Source of the DNA: Clostridia bacterium
Lineage (GTDB): Bacteria; Bacillota; Clostridia; Oscillospirales; CAG-272
Direction of reading: 5' to 3'
Assembly: GCA_017454525.1 (NCBI GenBank)
Contig: JAFTCT010000100.1
Coordinates: forward strand, 4,850 to 68,849
DNA length: 64,000 nt
Below are positions 25,381-34,304 of this stretch, piece after piece. The translations under genes and the position numbers were made by a program. Position 1 is the stretch's first letter. Every line of letters begins with the position of its first letter. The notes beneath the pieces were generated by a model. That model saw only the letters and a list, made by a program, of their open reading frames with translations. It was not told the origin of the DNA and searched no databases.

Positions 25381-26994
25381 TCAAAAGTTGTCGGGAAGGT
25401 CGTTTTCCAGAAGGATAAACGGCTTTTTCCCGTGCGTGTCCAGCGCATACGCGTGCGCGATCGCCTCGGAAAAATCACGGGCGGTATAGATCTTATCCTC
25501 CGCCATGCCGCCCTCCAGCAGTCCGTCGCGGATCGGCGGCGCCTGTTTTTCGCCGACCAGTATCGCGTAGTCGCAGCAGGATGCCGCCTGCGTGCCGAAC
25601 CGCTTGTTGCATTCGTACATCTTTTCGCCGAGTTCCACCATGCCGGGCGTCACGAGGATGCGGAAGCCGTCGAACATTTTTAAGGTCTCCACCGCGGCGC
25701 GCGCGCCCTCGGGATTGCTGTTATAGGCGTCGTCGATGATCACGAACCGCCCTTTGTCCATCAGCTGAAGACGGTGCGGCACGCCCTGAAGCATCCGTAC
25801 GCGCGGTCTGATCTCCTCAAAGGACAGACCGAGTTCGTGCGCGACGGCGATCGCGCCCGTGACGTTCTGAACGTTGTGCCTGCCGATCAGCGGCATCATG
25901 AATTCGCAGCGTTCGTCTCCGTGCACAAGCGTAAACGCCGTGCCCTCCCCGGACAGGCGGATGTCCTGCGCGTTATAGTCGCCCTTCCCTTCGATGCTGT
26001 AATATACGCATCTGCCGGGATAGTTCTCTTTCATCAGTTCGGGACTGTCTGCGTTCAGGAACACCGTGCCGTCCTTCGGGAGCGCGTACGCCAGTTCAAA
26101 CTTCGTTTTTCTGACGTTGTCCTGGCTGCCGAAGGTATCGAGGTGCTGCGGTCCCACCGCGGTGATCACGCCGACAGACGGATGAACGAGATCGCAGAGC
26201 TCCCTGATCTCCCCCACGCGCTTCGCGCCCATCTCACAGACGAACACCTCGTGCAGCGGCGACAGATGCTCGTTGACGGTGCGCACCACGCCCATCGGCG
26301 TATTGAAGTTCTCGGGCGTCATCAGAACGTTATACCGCGCCTGAAGGATCGAAGAAAGAAAGTATTTTACGCTCGTTTTGCCGTAACTTCCGGTCACGCC
26401 GATGACCTTCAGATTTTTATTATCTCTGAGCAGCCCGATCGCCTTGTTCGTATACTTTTTTCTCACCGACGCTTCGACCGGCGTGTTCACGAGATTGCAG
26501 AACTGCAAATAGAAGGGCGTCAGGCCGATCACCGCCGTTTCATAGAGCAGCGCCGTATACCCGCCGCGCACTTCGCCTCCTCCCGCGGCGCTGACGATGA
26601 AGAAAATAAGCGCCGTCGGGACAAAGAAGAGCAGCATCCCCGTGAGGATCAGCCTCTTGACCCGGTCTGTATACACGAGCGGCTTCTTCGCTTTTTTCGT
26701 CATGCGGCGGTATTTGAAATACAGCCAGATCCCGCAGAAGATCAGCGTCAGCAGCGGACCGCAGACGTAAACGGCGGCGTCCGGCAGAAGGACGGTGAAG
26801 ATCACGACGGAGGCGGCTCCGGCGGCGCAAAGCATAAAGAAAAAGAAGACGAACCCGATATTCTTGGCGATCCATTTGCGCTCCACGTCATAATGATAGG
26901 AATTGAGCTGAAACATGTGCAGATGATGAATGAATACGCCGACGAACGCGGGAAACGCCAGGATCAGCGGTAAAAGCGTCAGAAACAGTCGCAT
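25381..26994 (-). CDS. murF: MurF-like Mur ligase (UDP-MurNAc-tripeptide--D-Ala-D-Ala ligase type) with an N-terminal polytopic membrane domain
   Basis: Residues from ~200 onward carry VTGSYGKTS, EMGA...GEI, GPQHLDTFGS, GRHNVQN, IDDAYNSNPEGA and PGMVELG, matching MurF central and C-terminal domains. The first ~180 aa form 4-5 hydrophobic helices. An AAGGAA RBS precedes the ATG at 26994. The 3' end of this ORF overlaps by 4 nt the far-upstream ATG (25384) of the ddl reading frame. With the ddl start called here (25348), the two genes are separated by 32 nt. Confidence 0.75.
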   Translation of the reverse strand: MRLFLTLLPLILAFPAFVGVFIHHLHMFQLNSYHYDVERKWIAKNIGFVFFFFMLCAAGAASVVIFTVLLPDAAVYVCGPLLTLIFCGIWLYFKYRRMTKKAKKPLVYTDRVKRLILTGMLLFFVPTALIFFIVSAAGGGEVRGGYTALLYETAVIGLTPFYLQFCNLVNTPVEASVRKKYTNKAIGLLRDNKNLKVIGVTGSYGKTSVKYFLSSILQARYNVLMTPENFNTPMGVVRTVNEHLSPLHEVFVCEMGAKRVGEIRELCDLVHPSVGVITAVGPQHLDTFGSQDNVRKTKFELAYALPKDGTVFLNADSPELMKENYPGRCVYYSIEGKGDYNAQDIRLSGEGTAFTLVHGDERCEFMMPLIGRHNVQNVTGAIAVAHELGLSFEEIRPRVRMLQGVPHRLQLMDKGRFVIIDDAYNSNPEGARAAVETLKMFDGFRILVTPGMVELGEKMYECNKRFGTQAASCCDYAILVGEKQAPPIRDGLLEGGMAEDKIYTARDFSEAIAHAYALDTHGKKPFILLENDLPDNF

Positions 26995-27007
26995 GACGAT
27001 CTTCCTT

Positions 27008-27781
27008 TCAGAGTTTGAAAAATGAGCGCATGACCTTTTCAAACAGCAGGGGACTGTCTAAAAAGGAATAGTGTCCGCCCTCCAGAACGACCAGACCCGC
27101 GTCGGGGATCGTCTTCTCCATATACTGTCCGTCCGACAGCGGCGTCGCGGTGTCATTCCTGCCCCAGATCAGCAGCGTCGGCGCTGTGACGCGCGGGAAC
27201 AGCGCGGTCAGATCCTCCGAAACCGTCTTTTTGAGCACCTCGCGCATGACGGGGGACGCCGCCTTATAGTCGGCGGAAGAATACTTCATTCTGTATTCCT
27301 CGACCTTGCCGGGCGAGAAGATCTCAAGGATCCTTCTGCCCGTCTTGTACTTCAGCCGGCGGCATTTCTTTCCGAACGTGTCCTTCGGCTTGACGCCGGC
27401 GGAGTCGATGAGCACGATCCGGTCCACTTCAAAAGGCGGTTTTGTTTCAAATAGTTTGAAGATCACTCTGCCCCCGAAAGAATGTCCGACAAGCGACACC
27501 CTGTCAAGTCCCACAGCCGAAATGAACGCGGTCACGAGATCGGCGTAGCGACGCACGTCCCACGCCTCCTTCGGCTCCTCGCTCTTTCCGAAGCCCGGAA
27601 AATCAAGCGTATAGACCGTATATCCCTCAGACAGAAGCTTTGATACCGACGCGTACACGGCGGTCTCGGTCCCCCAGCCCTCGAGAATGAGCACGGCGGG
27701 ACCGCTTCCTTCTTTCGTATAGTAAACGTTCAATCCCGACAGAACGATCTCCATGCAAGAACCATCCCCACATTTATTCAA
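27008..27781 (-). CDS. alpha/beta-fold hydrolase
   Basis: HSFGG nucleophile elbow, LEGWG oxyanion region and a C-terminal GGH motif. An alternative start MEIVLSG lies at 27754. Confidence 0.7.
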   Translation of the reverse strand: MNKCGDGSCMEIVLSGLNVYYTKEGSGPAVLILEGWGTETAVYASVSKLLSEGYTVYTLDFPGFGKSEEPKEAWDVRRYADLVTAFISAVGLDRVSLVGHSFGGRVIFKLFETKPPFEVDRIVLIDSAGVKPKDTFGKKCRRLKYKTGRRILEIFSPGKVEEYRMKYSSADYKAASPVMREVLKKTVSEDLTALFPRVTAPTLLIWGRNDTATPLSDGQYMEKTIPDAGLVVLEGGHYSFLDSPLLFEKVMRSFFKL

Positions 27782-27865
27782 TGTATTATATCACACTTCT
27801 GCCGCCTTTTTCAAGTTTTTCACGAAAAAAGTATGAAAAAGGTATATTATTTTTCAAAAAAACAT

Positions 27866-27894
27866 TTGAAAAGAAACGCAAGATATGCTATAAT
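27866..27894 (+). promoter_or_regulatory. sigma-A-type promoter of lon
   Basis: TTGAAA - 17 nt - TATAAT with an extended -10 TGC. Overlapped by the inverted repeat ttttcaaa/tttgaaaa. Confidence 0.55.
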
Positions 27895-27927
27895 GATAGA
27901 CGGATTATTTTACACTAAGAGGTAACC

Positions 27928-30246
27928 ATGTTGTCAGGCAAAGCAAACACCCCCATCAAACTCCCTTTACTTGCGCTGCGCGGGATCGTCACCTTCCCGG
28001 GCGCACCCGTAAAACTCGAACTGAATCTTGACGAAGACCTCGCGGCGATCAGACACGCCGCGGAATGCGACAATAAGATCTTTCTGATCGCGCTCAAGGA
28101 CCCGTCGCAGAACGAGCCGTTCGATCTCTCCGACTTCTTCATGACCGGCTGCGTCGCCGTGATCACCGAAAACGAAAGACGCGTCGGCTCGAGAAGAGTG
28201 ACGGCGAACGGTCTTTTCCGCGCGCGTCTGCAGGAACTGTCGGAAGACGGCGCCTACTGCACGGTATATGAACTGCAGAGCGAGAACGATTTTATCGCCG
28301 ACAGCAACACCGCGGCGACGTACAAGGACGCGCTCACGCTGATGGACGCGATGCTCAAGGTGCATCCCTCCGCTTCAGACGAACTGAAGGAAGCGCTGTT
28401 AAAGTCCCCGACGCCCGGCGCGCTCGCCGACAGTATCGCGGCGACGCTGCTCATGAGCTTCGAGCACAAGCAGGAAGTTCTGGACGAAAACAACGTCGTG
28501 CGCCGTCTGCGCGCGATCAACAACGCCATGCGCCTTGAGATCCCGCTCATCAAAGAGGATCTCTTCATTCACAGAAAGGTGCGCGCGGCGCTTGAGGAGA
28601 ATCAGAAGGAATACTACCTCAAGGAGCAGATGCGCGTCATCAAGGATGAGCTCGGCATGGATGACGACGACGAGGAAACGGCGGAATACTACGACCGGAT
28701 CGCCGCCGCCCGACTGCCGAAGGAAGTGGAAGAGAAACTCATCAAGGAAGTTCAGAAACTCGCGAAAACGCCCTACTCTTCCGCCGAGGCGTCGGTCCAG
28801 CGCAACTATCTCTATACCGTGCTCGAGATCCCCTTCACGAAGTATTCGAAGGAGCAGGTCGACGTCAGGCGCGCGTCGGAGATCCTTGAGAAGGATCATT
28901 ACGGACTTGAGAAGGTCAAGGAGCGGATCCTCGAATTCGTCGCCGCAAGACAGCTCAATCCGGATCTCAAGAATCAGACGCTTTGTCTTGTCGGACCTCC
29001 GGGCGTGGGCAAGACCTCGATCGCCGCTTCGCTTGCGCGAGCGTTGAACCGCAAATACGTGCGGGTATCGCTCGGCGGCGTCCGCGACGAGGCGGATATC
29101 AGGGGGCACCGCAAGACCTACGTCGCCGCGATGCCCGGAAGGATCATCACCGCGCTCACGCAGGCAAAAGTCAGAAATCCGCTGATCCTCTTGGACGAGA
29201 TCGACAAAATGTCGAACGACAGCCGCGGAGATCCCGCGTCCGCCATGCTCGAAGTGCTTGACGGAGAGCAGAACAGAGCGTTCAGGGATCACTTCGTCGA
29301 GCTTCCCTTCGATCTGTCGGACTGCATTTTCGTCGCGACGGCGAACTCCCTGCAAGGCGTCGCGCCCGCGCTGATCGACCGCATGGAAGTGATCGAGCTC
29401 GCATCCTATACCGCGGAAGAAAAGAAGCAGATCGCCAAACGGCACCTGATCCCCCGCCAGCGCGAGCGTCACGGCATCAAAGGACGGCAGCTCACGATCG
29501 CCGACAGCGCGATCGACGCGATCATCTCCTCCTACACGAGAGAAGCGGGCGTGAGAAACCTCGAGCGCTCGATCGCCGCGATCTGCCGCAAGGCGGCGCG
29601 GAACATCGTCGAAAACGGCGCGCCCACCCAACGCGTCACGTCCAAGAATCTCAGCGACTATCTCGGGCACGAAAAGGCGCTTGAGGAGCACGTTTACGAA
29701 GAGCCCCTCAAGGGCGTGGTCAACGGGCTTGCCTGGACGGAGACCGGCGGAGAACTCCTGCGCGTGGAAGCGGTCTCCATGCCCGGGACCGGTCATATTG
29801 AATGCACCGGAAACCTCGGCACCGTCATGAAGGAATCGGCGCAGATCGCCTTATCCTGCCTGAGATCGCATTACGACTCCTTCGCTCTCGCGGAAGATTT
29901 TTCAAAGAACAAGGATATTCATATCCACTTTCCGGAAGGTGCGACGCCCAAGGACGGACCCTCCGCCGGATGCGCCATCTATACGGCGCTCGTCAGCGAA
30001 TTCACGGGCAGACCCGTCCGGCAGGACGTCGCCATGACCGGCGAGATCACGCTGCACGGAAGAGTCCTGCCGATCGGCGGACTGCGCGAAAAGGCGATGG
30101 CGGCGTACAAAGCGGGCGTACATACCGTGCTGATCCCCGAGGACAACCGGAAGGATCTTCCGGACGTCGATAAAGCCGTGCGCGAGGAAGTCAGCTTCAT
30201 CTGCTGCCGCAGCGCGTCGGAGGTGCTCGACCGGGCGCTCCTCTGA
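27928..30246 (+). CDS. lon: ATP-dependent Lon protease (endopeptidase La)
   Basis: LON N-domain, GPPGVGKTS Walker A, LLDEIDK Walker B, and KDGPSAG catalytic Ser with a downstream Lys. Confidence 0.93.
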   Translation: MLSGKANTPIKLPLLALRGIVTFPGAPVKLELNLDEDLAAIRHAAECDNKIFLIALKDPSQNEPFDLSDFFMTGCVAVITENERRVGSRRVTANGLFRARLQELSEDGAYCTVYELQSENDFIADSNTAATYKDALTLMDAMLKVHPSASDELKEALLKSPTPGALADSIAATLLMSFEHKQEVLDENNVVRRLRAINNAMRLEIPLIKEDLFIHRKVRAALEENQKEYYLKEQMRVIKDELGMDDDDEETAEYYDRIAAARLPKEVEEKLIKEVQKLAKTPYSSAEASVQRNYLYTVLEIPFTKYSKEQVDVRRASEILEKDHYGLEKVKERILEFVAARQLNPDLKNQTLCLVGPPGVGKTSIAASLARALNRKYVRVSLGGVRDEADIRGHRKTYVAAMPGRIITALTQAKVRNPLILLDEIDKMSNDSRGDPASAMLEVLDGEQNRAFRDHFVELPFDLSDCIFVATANSLQGVAPALIDRMEVIELASYTAEEKKQIAKRHLIPRQRERHGIKGRQLTIADSAIDAIISSYTREAGVRNLERSIAAICRKAARNIVENGAPTQRVTSKNLSDYLGHEKALEEHVYEEPLKGVVNGLAWTETGGELLRVEAVSMPGTGHIECTGNLGTVMKESAQIALSCLRSHYDSFALAEDFSKNKDIHIHFPEGATPKDGPSAGCAIYTALVSEFTGRPVRQDVAMTGEITLHGRVLPIGGLREKAMAAYKAGVHTVLIPEDNRKDLPDVDKAVREEVSFICCRSASEVLDRALL

Positions 30247-30278
30247 TTCCGGAAAAAATCGATCCGAAAGGACTGTAT

Positions 30279-30890
30279 ATGATCAAACCGAACCTGAATA
30301 ACGTCAATCTGCAGATTTCCGCGGGGCTTCCTTCGCAGTTTCCGAAGGACGCCCTGCCGCAGGCGGCGTTCTCCGGCAGATCGAACGTCGGCAAGAGCAG
30401 TCTGATCAACCGGCTGCTGAACAGAAAGTCTCTTGCGCGCGTTTCCGCGGAGCCCGGCAAAACCGTGACGATCAACTTTTACAGCGTCGACCGGAAATTC
30501 TATCTCGTCGATCTGCCGGGATACGGATTTGCCAGGCGCTCAAAGGAACACACGAAGAACTGGTCTGCCCTCACGGAAGAGTATCTCACGGGAGAGAGCG
30601 CGCCCGATATGATCGTCCAACTCATCGATATGAAGACGGGACCGACGACCGACGACAATATGATGCTCTCTTTTTTGAACGAGACCGGTATCCCCTATAT
30701 CGTTGTGGCGACGAAAGCCGATAAACTCAACAAGACCGACTTTGCAAAAATGGAGGGCGCGCTCCGCACGCATCCGCTCATTTCGCCCGACGCGCCGATC
30801 ATCCCCTTCTCCGCCCTGAAACCGGTCGCCGCCGAGGAGATCCGCAATAAGGTATTCGGGATCCTTTTCAACGCGGAAAAGAAAAACTGA
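30279..30890 (+). CDS. engB: ribosome-biogenesis GTPase YihA/YsxC (EngB)
   Basis: GRSNVGKSSLIN G1 box, DLPGYG G3 box, TKADK G4 box. Conserved position downstream of lon. Confidence 0.9.
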   Translation: MIKPNLNNVNLQISAGLPSQFPKDALPQAAFSGRSNVGKSSLINRLLNRKSLARVSAEPGKTVTINFYSVDRKFYLVDLPGYGFARRSKEHTKNWSALTEEYLTGESAPDMIVQLIDMKTGPTTDDNMMLSFLNETGIPYIVVATKADKLNKTDFAKMEGALRTHPLISPDAPIIPFSALKPVAAEEIRNKVFGILFNAEKKN

Positions 30891-30901
30891 AAGGGTAATT
30901 C

Positions 30902-31663
30902 ATGATCTTAAGTCTGTTATACAATCTGAACACCAAAGAGGGCGTGATCATCACGCTGACGACGCTCCTTTTACGAATTCCGGCGGTGCTGCTTGCCTTA
31001 TCGGTCCACGAAGCGGCGCACGGGTGGGTCGCGAACAAGTGCGGCGACCCCACGGCGAAAAACCTCGGCCGCATCACGATCAACCCGATCAAGCACCTCG
31101 ATCCGATCGGCGCCGTCTCCATGCTGCTCTTCGGTATCGGCTGGGCAAAACCCGTTCCGGTAAATTCCCGTTATTTCAAAAAGCCGAAGAGGGATATGGC
31201 GCTCACCGCCGCCGCGGGACCGGTCTCGAACGTCCTTCAGGGCGTCGTCGGTATGTTCATACTCTTCATCTCGACGAAAATACTGCTCGCGGATCTCGGC
31301 GCGACCACGCCCGAAGCGTTCGGCAATTACGGCGGGATGTACGGCCTGATCTTCGTTTTGATTTTTGAATATGCGATCAAATACAAGGTCATTGCGATCC
31401 TTCTGTTCTTCCTGCTGATCTACGCCACGCTGAATTTTTCGCTTGCGCTCTTCAACCTCATTCCCATCCCGCCGTTCGACGGTTCGCGCATTCTCTTCGT
31501 CTTTCTGCCCGATAAGTATTATTTCGGCATTATGAAATACGAGCGGATCATCATGATCGTTTTTCTCGTCCTCTTTTTCGGCGCAAGCAGACTCGGCCTG
31601 TTCGACGACATCTTCATGGCATTCATCAATCTGGTATTCAAGGCGTTCGCCTGGATCTTATAG
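30902..31663 (+). CDS. site-2 protease-family (M50) membrane zinc metalloprotease
   Basis: HEAAHG (HExxH) within a TM helix, NLIPIPPFDG second motif, multiple TM helices. Confidence 0.8.
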   Translation: MILSLLYNLNTKEGVIITLTTLLLRIPAVLLALSVHEAAHGWVANKCGDPTAKNLGRITINPIKHLDPIGAVSMLLFGIGWAKPVPVNSRYFKKPKRDMALTAAAGPVSNVLQGVVGMFILFISTKILLADLGATTPEAFGNYGGMYGLIFVLIFEYAIKYKVIAILLFFLLIYATLNFSLALFNLIPIPPFDGSRILFVFLPDKYYFGIMKYERIIMIVFLVLFFGASRLGLFDDIFMAFINLVFKAFAWIL

Positions 31664-31669
31664 TGACAA

Positions 31670-32452
31670 ATGAATTCAACGATTTCATTCAACGAAGCGT
31701 ATACGCCGCAGTATCATCTGGAGGTCTTTGACGGACCGCTGGATCTTCTTCTGCGCCTGATCGCCCGGAACAAAGTGGATATCATGGATATCCCGATCGC
31801 GCTCATCCTCGATCAGTATATGGAATACGTTTCAAAACTGGAACAGAGCGACGCGGAAATCGCCGGCGATTTCATCGCCATGGCGGCGGAACTGATGCTC
31901 ATCAAGAGCAAAATGCTTCTTCCGGGGGAAGCGGAGGGCGGCGCGAGCGATCCGCGCGCAGGTCTGGTCCAGGTCCTTATGGACTATAAACAAGCCAAGG
32001 AAAAAGCACAGAAATTAAACAGCTTATTTCAGATCTACGGCGGAAGAATGGCGAAGGAGAGCGAGGAGATCGACGTCGATATCACCTACGTGGCGCCGCA
32101 GGAGATCGATTATCTGTTAGCCGCTTTCGAGCGGATCGAACGCAGAAAAAAGCTTTATGAGCTGTCTCACACCGAGGAATCCGAAAAAAATCTCGTGAAG
32201 ATCGCCACGACGCGCGTGACGCCGATCCACGAAAAGGTCTTCAGCCTGCTTCGGTATATGATCAGAAACGGAAACAGAGCGCCGTTCGAAGACCTCATCC
32301 TGCGCAACGACACCAAATCCGATATCGTCGCGACCTTCATCGCGATCCTTCAGCTTTTGAGAAGAGGCGAACTGAAGATCGTGATCGACGATCCGGAAAA
32401 TCCGATACTGGAGATCAATTATGAACGGGACAAACGAACAACAGACGCTTGA
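31670..32452 (+). CDS. scpA: segregation and condensation protein A
   Basis: FDGPLDLLL..I.....DI.DIPI N-terminal signature, ~260 aa, followed by scpB. Confidence 0.88.
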   Translation: MNSTISFNEAYTPQYHLEVFDGPLDLLLRLIARNKVDIMDIPIALILDQYMEYVSKLEQSDAEIAGDFIAMAAELMLIKSKMLLPGEAEGGASDPRAGLVQVLMDYKQAKEKAQKLNSLFQIYGGRMAKESEEIDVDITYVAPQEIDYLLAAFERIERRKKLYELSHTEESEKNLVKIATTRVTPIHEKVFSLLRYMIRNGNRAPFEDLILRNDTKSDIVATFIAILQLLRRGELKIVIDDPENPILEINYERDKRTTDA

Positions 32453-33029
32453 CATCCTCGGCGAAGACGAATTGAAAGAGGCGTTCGAGGCCGTTCTTTT
32501 TGCCGCGGGGTATCCTCTGACCTTTGAAAAACTCTCGGAGACCTTCGGCAAGACCGACGGGGAAATGCGGCTCTTCGCGGAAGAGTTTTCCAAAGAATAC
32601 AACAGCGCGCGCAGAGGGATCCTGATGCTCGTGATGGAGGACTGCTGTCAGCTCTGCACAAAGGAGCAGTATAAAGATTATGCCCGCACGGCGCTGGGCA
32701 TCAAATCGTCGGGCAAACTGTCGAACTCCTGCCTTGAAGCGCTCGCGATCGTCGCGTACAATCAGCCGGTCACGAAAGCGTATATCGAACAGGTGCGCGG
32801 TGTAGACTGTTCATGGGCGGTCGGAATGCTCTGCGACAAGGCGCTCATCGAGCCGAAGGGCAGACTGGACGCGCCGGGCAAACCGATCCTCTACGGTACG
32901 ACGGACGAATTTCTGCGCGTCTTCGGTTTACGCAGCATCGCGGATCTCCCGAAGGACGCCGTCCTTCCCGAAGCGAAAGGCGAACAAACCGATATCCGGT
33001 CGGCGTCGGACGGCGACAGCGGAACGTAA
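32421..33029 (+). CDS. scpB: segregation and condensation protein B
   Basis: EA.LFA.G.PL... and LE.LAIVAYNQPVT...I...RGV signatures. Overlaps the scpA 3' end. Confidence 0.88.
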   Translation: MNGTNEQQTLDILGEDELKEAFEAVLFAAGYPLTFEKLSETFGKTDGEMRLFAEEFSKEYNSARRGILMLVMEDCCQLCTKEQYKDYARTALGIKSSGKLSNSCLEALAIVAYNQPVTKAYIEQVRGVDCSWAVGMLCDKALIEPKGRLDAPGKPILYGTTDEFLRVFGLRSIADLPKDAVLPEAKGEQTDIRSASDGDSGT

Positions 33030-33061
33030 AGCAAAAGGCGATAAAAAAAGGGGGCGGGTAT

Positions 33062-33787
33062 TTGAAAGAATTTCTCATCATCCTCTTTTCGATCCTCGGG
33101 CTGCTGTTTCTCGTCTTTCTTTTGACGCTGCTGCTGATCAGAATCAGAATTCTCTATGACGGCGACCTACGGGTCAAGATCGGCGTTCTCTTTTTTGAGT
33201 ATACCTTGTATCCGAAAAAGACGAAACTGAAAAAGACGGAGAGCGCCGGAAAAAAGAAGAAGAAAAGAAAGACCGGACCGCAGAAAAGATCCGCGGAAGA
33301 GATCGGGGAAAAGAAAGAAAAAAAGAGTTTTTCCGAAATGATCGGCTTCTATACCGACCTGACGAAAGAGGTGCTGCTCCCGTTCGCCGAAAAGGTCGGA
33401 AAGAAACTGCACGTCACGGTCAGGAAAATGCAGATCGTCATCGCGACCGAGGACGCGGGAAAAACGGCGGTCCTCTACGGACTGGCGGTATCGGGGCTGT
33501 CGATGCTGTTTGAACTGCTTCGTTCAACCGTGATCCTGAAAGTCGGAAAGGACCGGGATATCGGCGTCCGCGCGGGCTTTGACGTCACCGAAACGGTCTG
33601 TATGGGCGACGTCCGGATCGCTCTGCGCCCCTTTACGGTGATCGCGGCGGCGGTCCCGGCGCTGCTGAAATATCTGTCCTTAAAACAGTCTCATCAATCA
33701 AGCAATACGTCAGGCAATGTGTCGACCGGTATTTCCGGTCGGGAAAGCGAGGAAAAAATATGTCAGACTCCAAGCAAAACGAACTGA
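33062..33787 (+). CDS. DUF2953/YtfI-like sporulation-associated membrane protein
   Basis: N-terminal TM followed by IRIRILYDGDLRVKIGVLFF, a Lys-rich spacer, and position upstream of a ytfJ homolog. A TTG start at 33062 sits behind a GGGGG RBS, so the start is uncertain. Confidence 0.55.
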   Translation: MKEFLIILFSILGLLFLVFLLTLLLIRIRILYDGDLRVKIGVLFFEYTLYPKKTKLKKTESAGKKKKKRKTGPQKRSAEEIGEKKEKKSFSEMIGFYTDLTKEVLLPFAEKVGKKLHVTVRKMQIVIATEDAGKTAVLYGLAVSGLSMLFELLRSTVILKVGKDRDIGVRAGFDVTETVCMGDVRIALRPFTVIAAAVPALLKYLSLKQSHQSSNTSGNVSTGISGRESEEKICQTPSKTN

Positions 33788-34224
33788 TCAGGACCGCCCT
33801 TGAGGGGATTAGTAAGGTGATCGATACGAACACCGTTCTGGGAAAACCGTACAAAACGGAGATCGGCACTACGATCATTCCCGTGACGAAAGTATCCGTG
33901 GGGCTCGCGACGGGCGGACTCGATTACTTCGGAAAAAACACGCCGAAAGAGACCTCGGGCGCGGGACTTCCTTCCTCCTTCGGCGGCGGCGGAGGTACCG
34001 GCATTTCTGTTTCTCCCATCGGATTTCTGATCGTCAAAAACAGCGGCGCCGTGGAACTGCTGACCGTTGACGGCGCGCAGAACAAGAGCGCAGCAGAAGG
34101 GATCATCGACTCGGTGCTGGACGCGCTCGACCGCTCCCCCGAGATCGCCGATAAGATCAAAGCGGTCATCGCGAAATTCAAAAAAGAAAAGAAGGAAGAG
34201 GAAGACGCGCCGGCAGACGCGTGA
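33760..34224 (+). CDS. ytfJ: GerW/YtfJ-family sporulation protein
   Basis: G.P......T.IIPV.KVS.G...GG and PIGFLIV motifs, ~150 aa. Confidence 0.8.
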   Translation: MSDSKQNELIRTALEGISKVIDTNTVLGKPYKTEIGTTIIPVTKVSVGLATGGLDYFGKNTPKETSGAGLPSSFGGGGGTGISVSPIGFLIVKNSGAVELLTVDGAQNKSAAEGIIDSVLDALDRSPEIADKIKAVIAKFKKEKKEEEDAPADA

Positions 34225-34304
34225 ACCTCCTTTGCCTTGCCGGCATAATCAAAGCGGGCGTACCATAGAATACAACAACATTCTGTATTCGAAGGTACGC
34301 CCCT

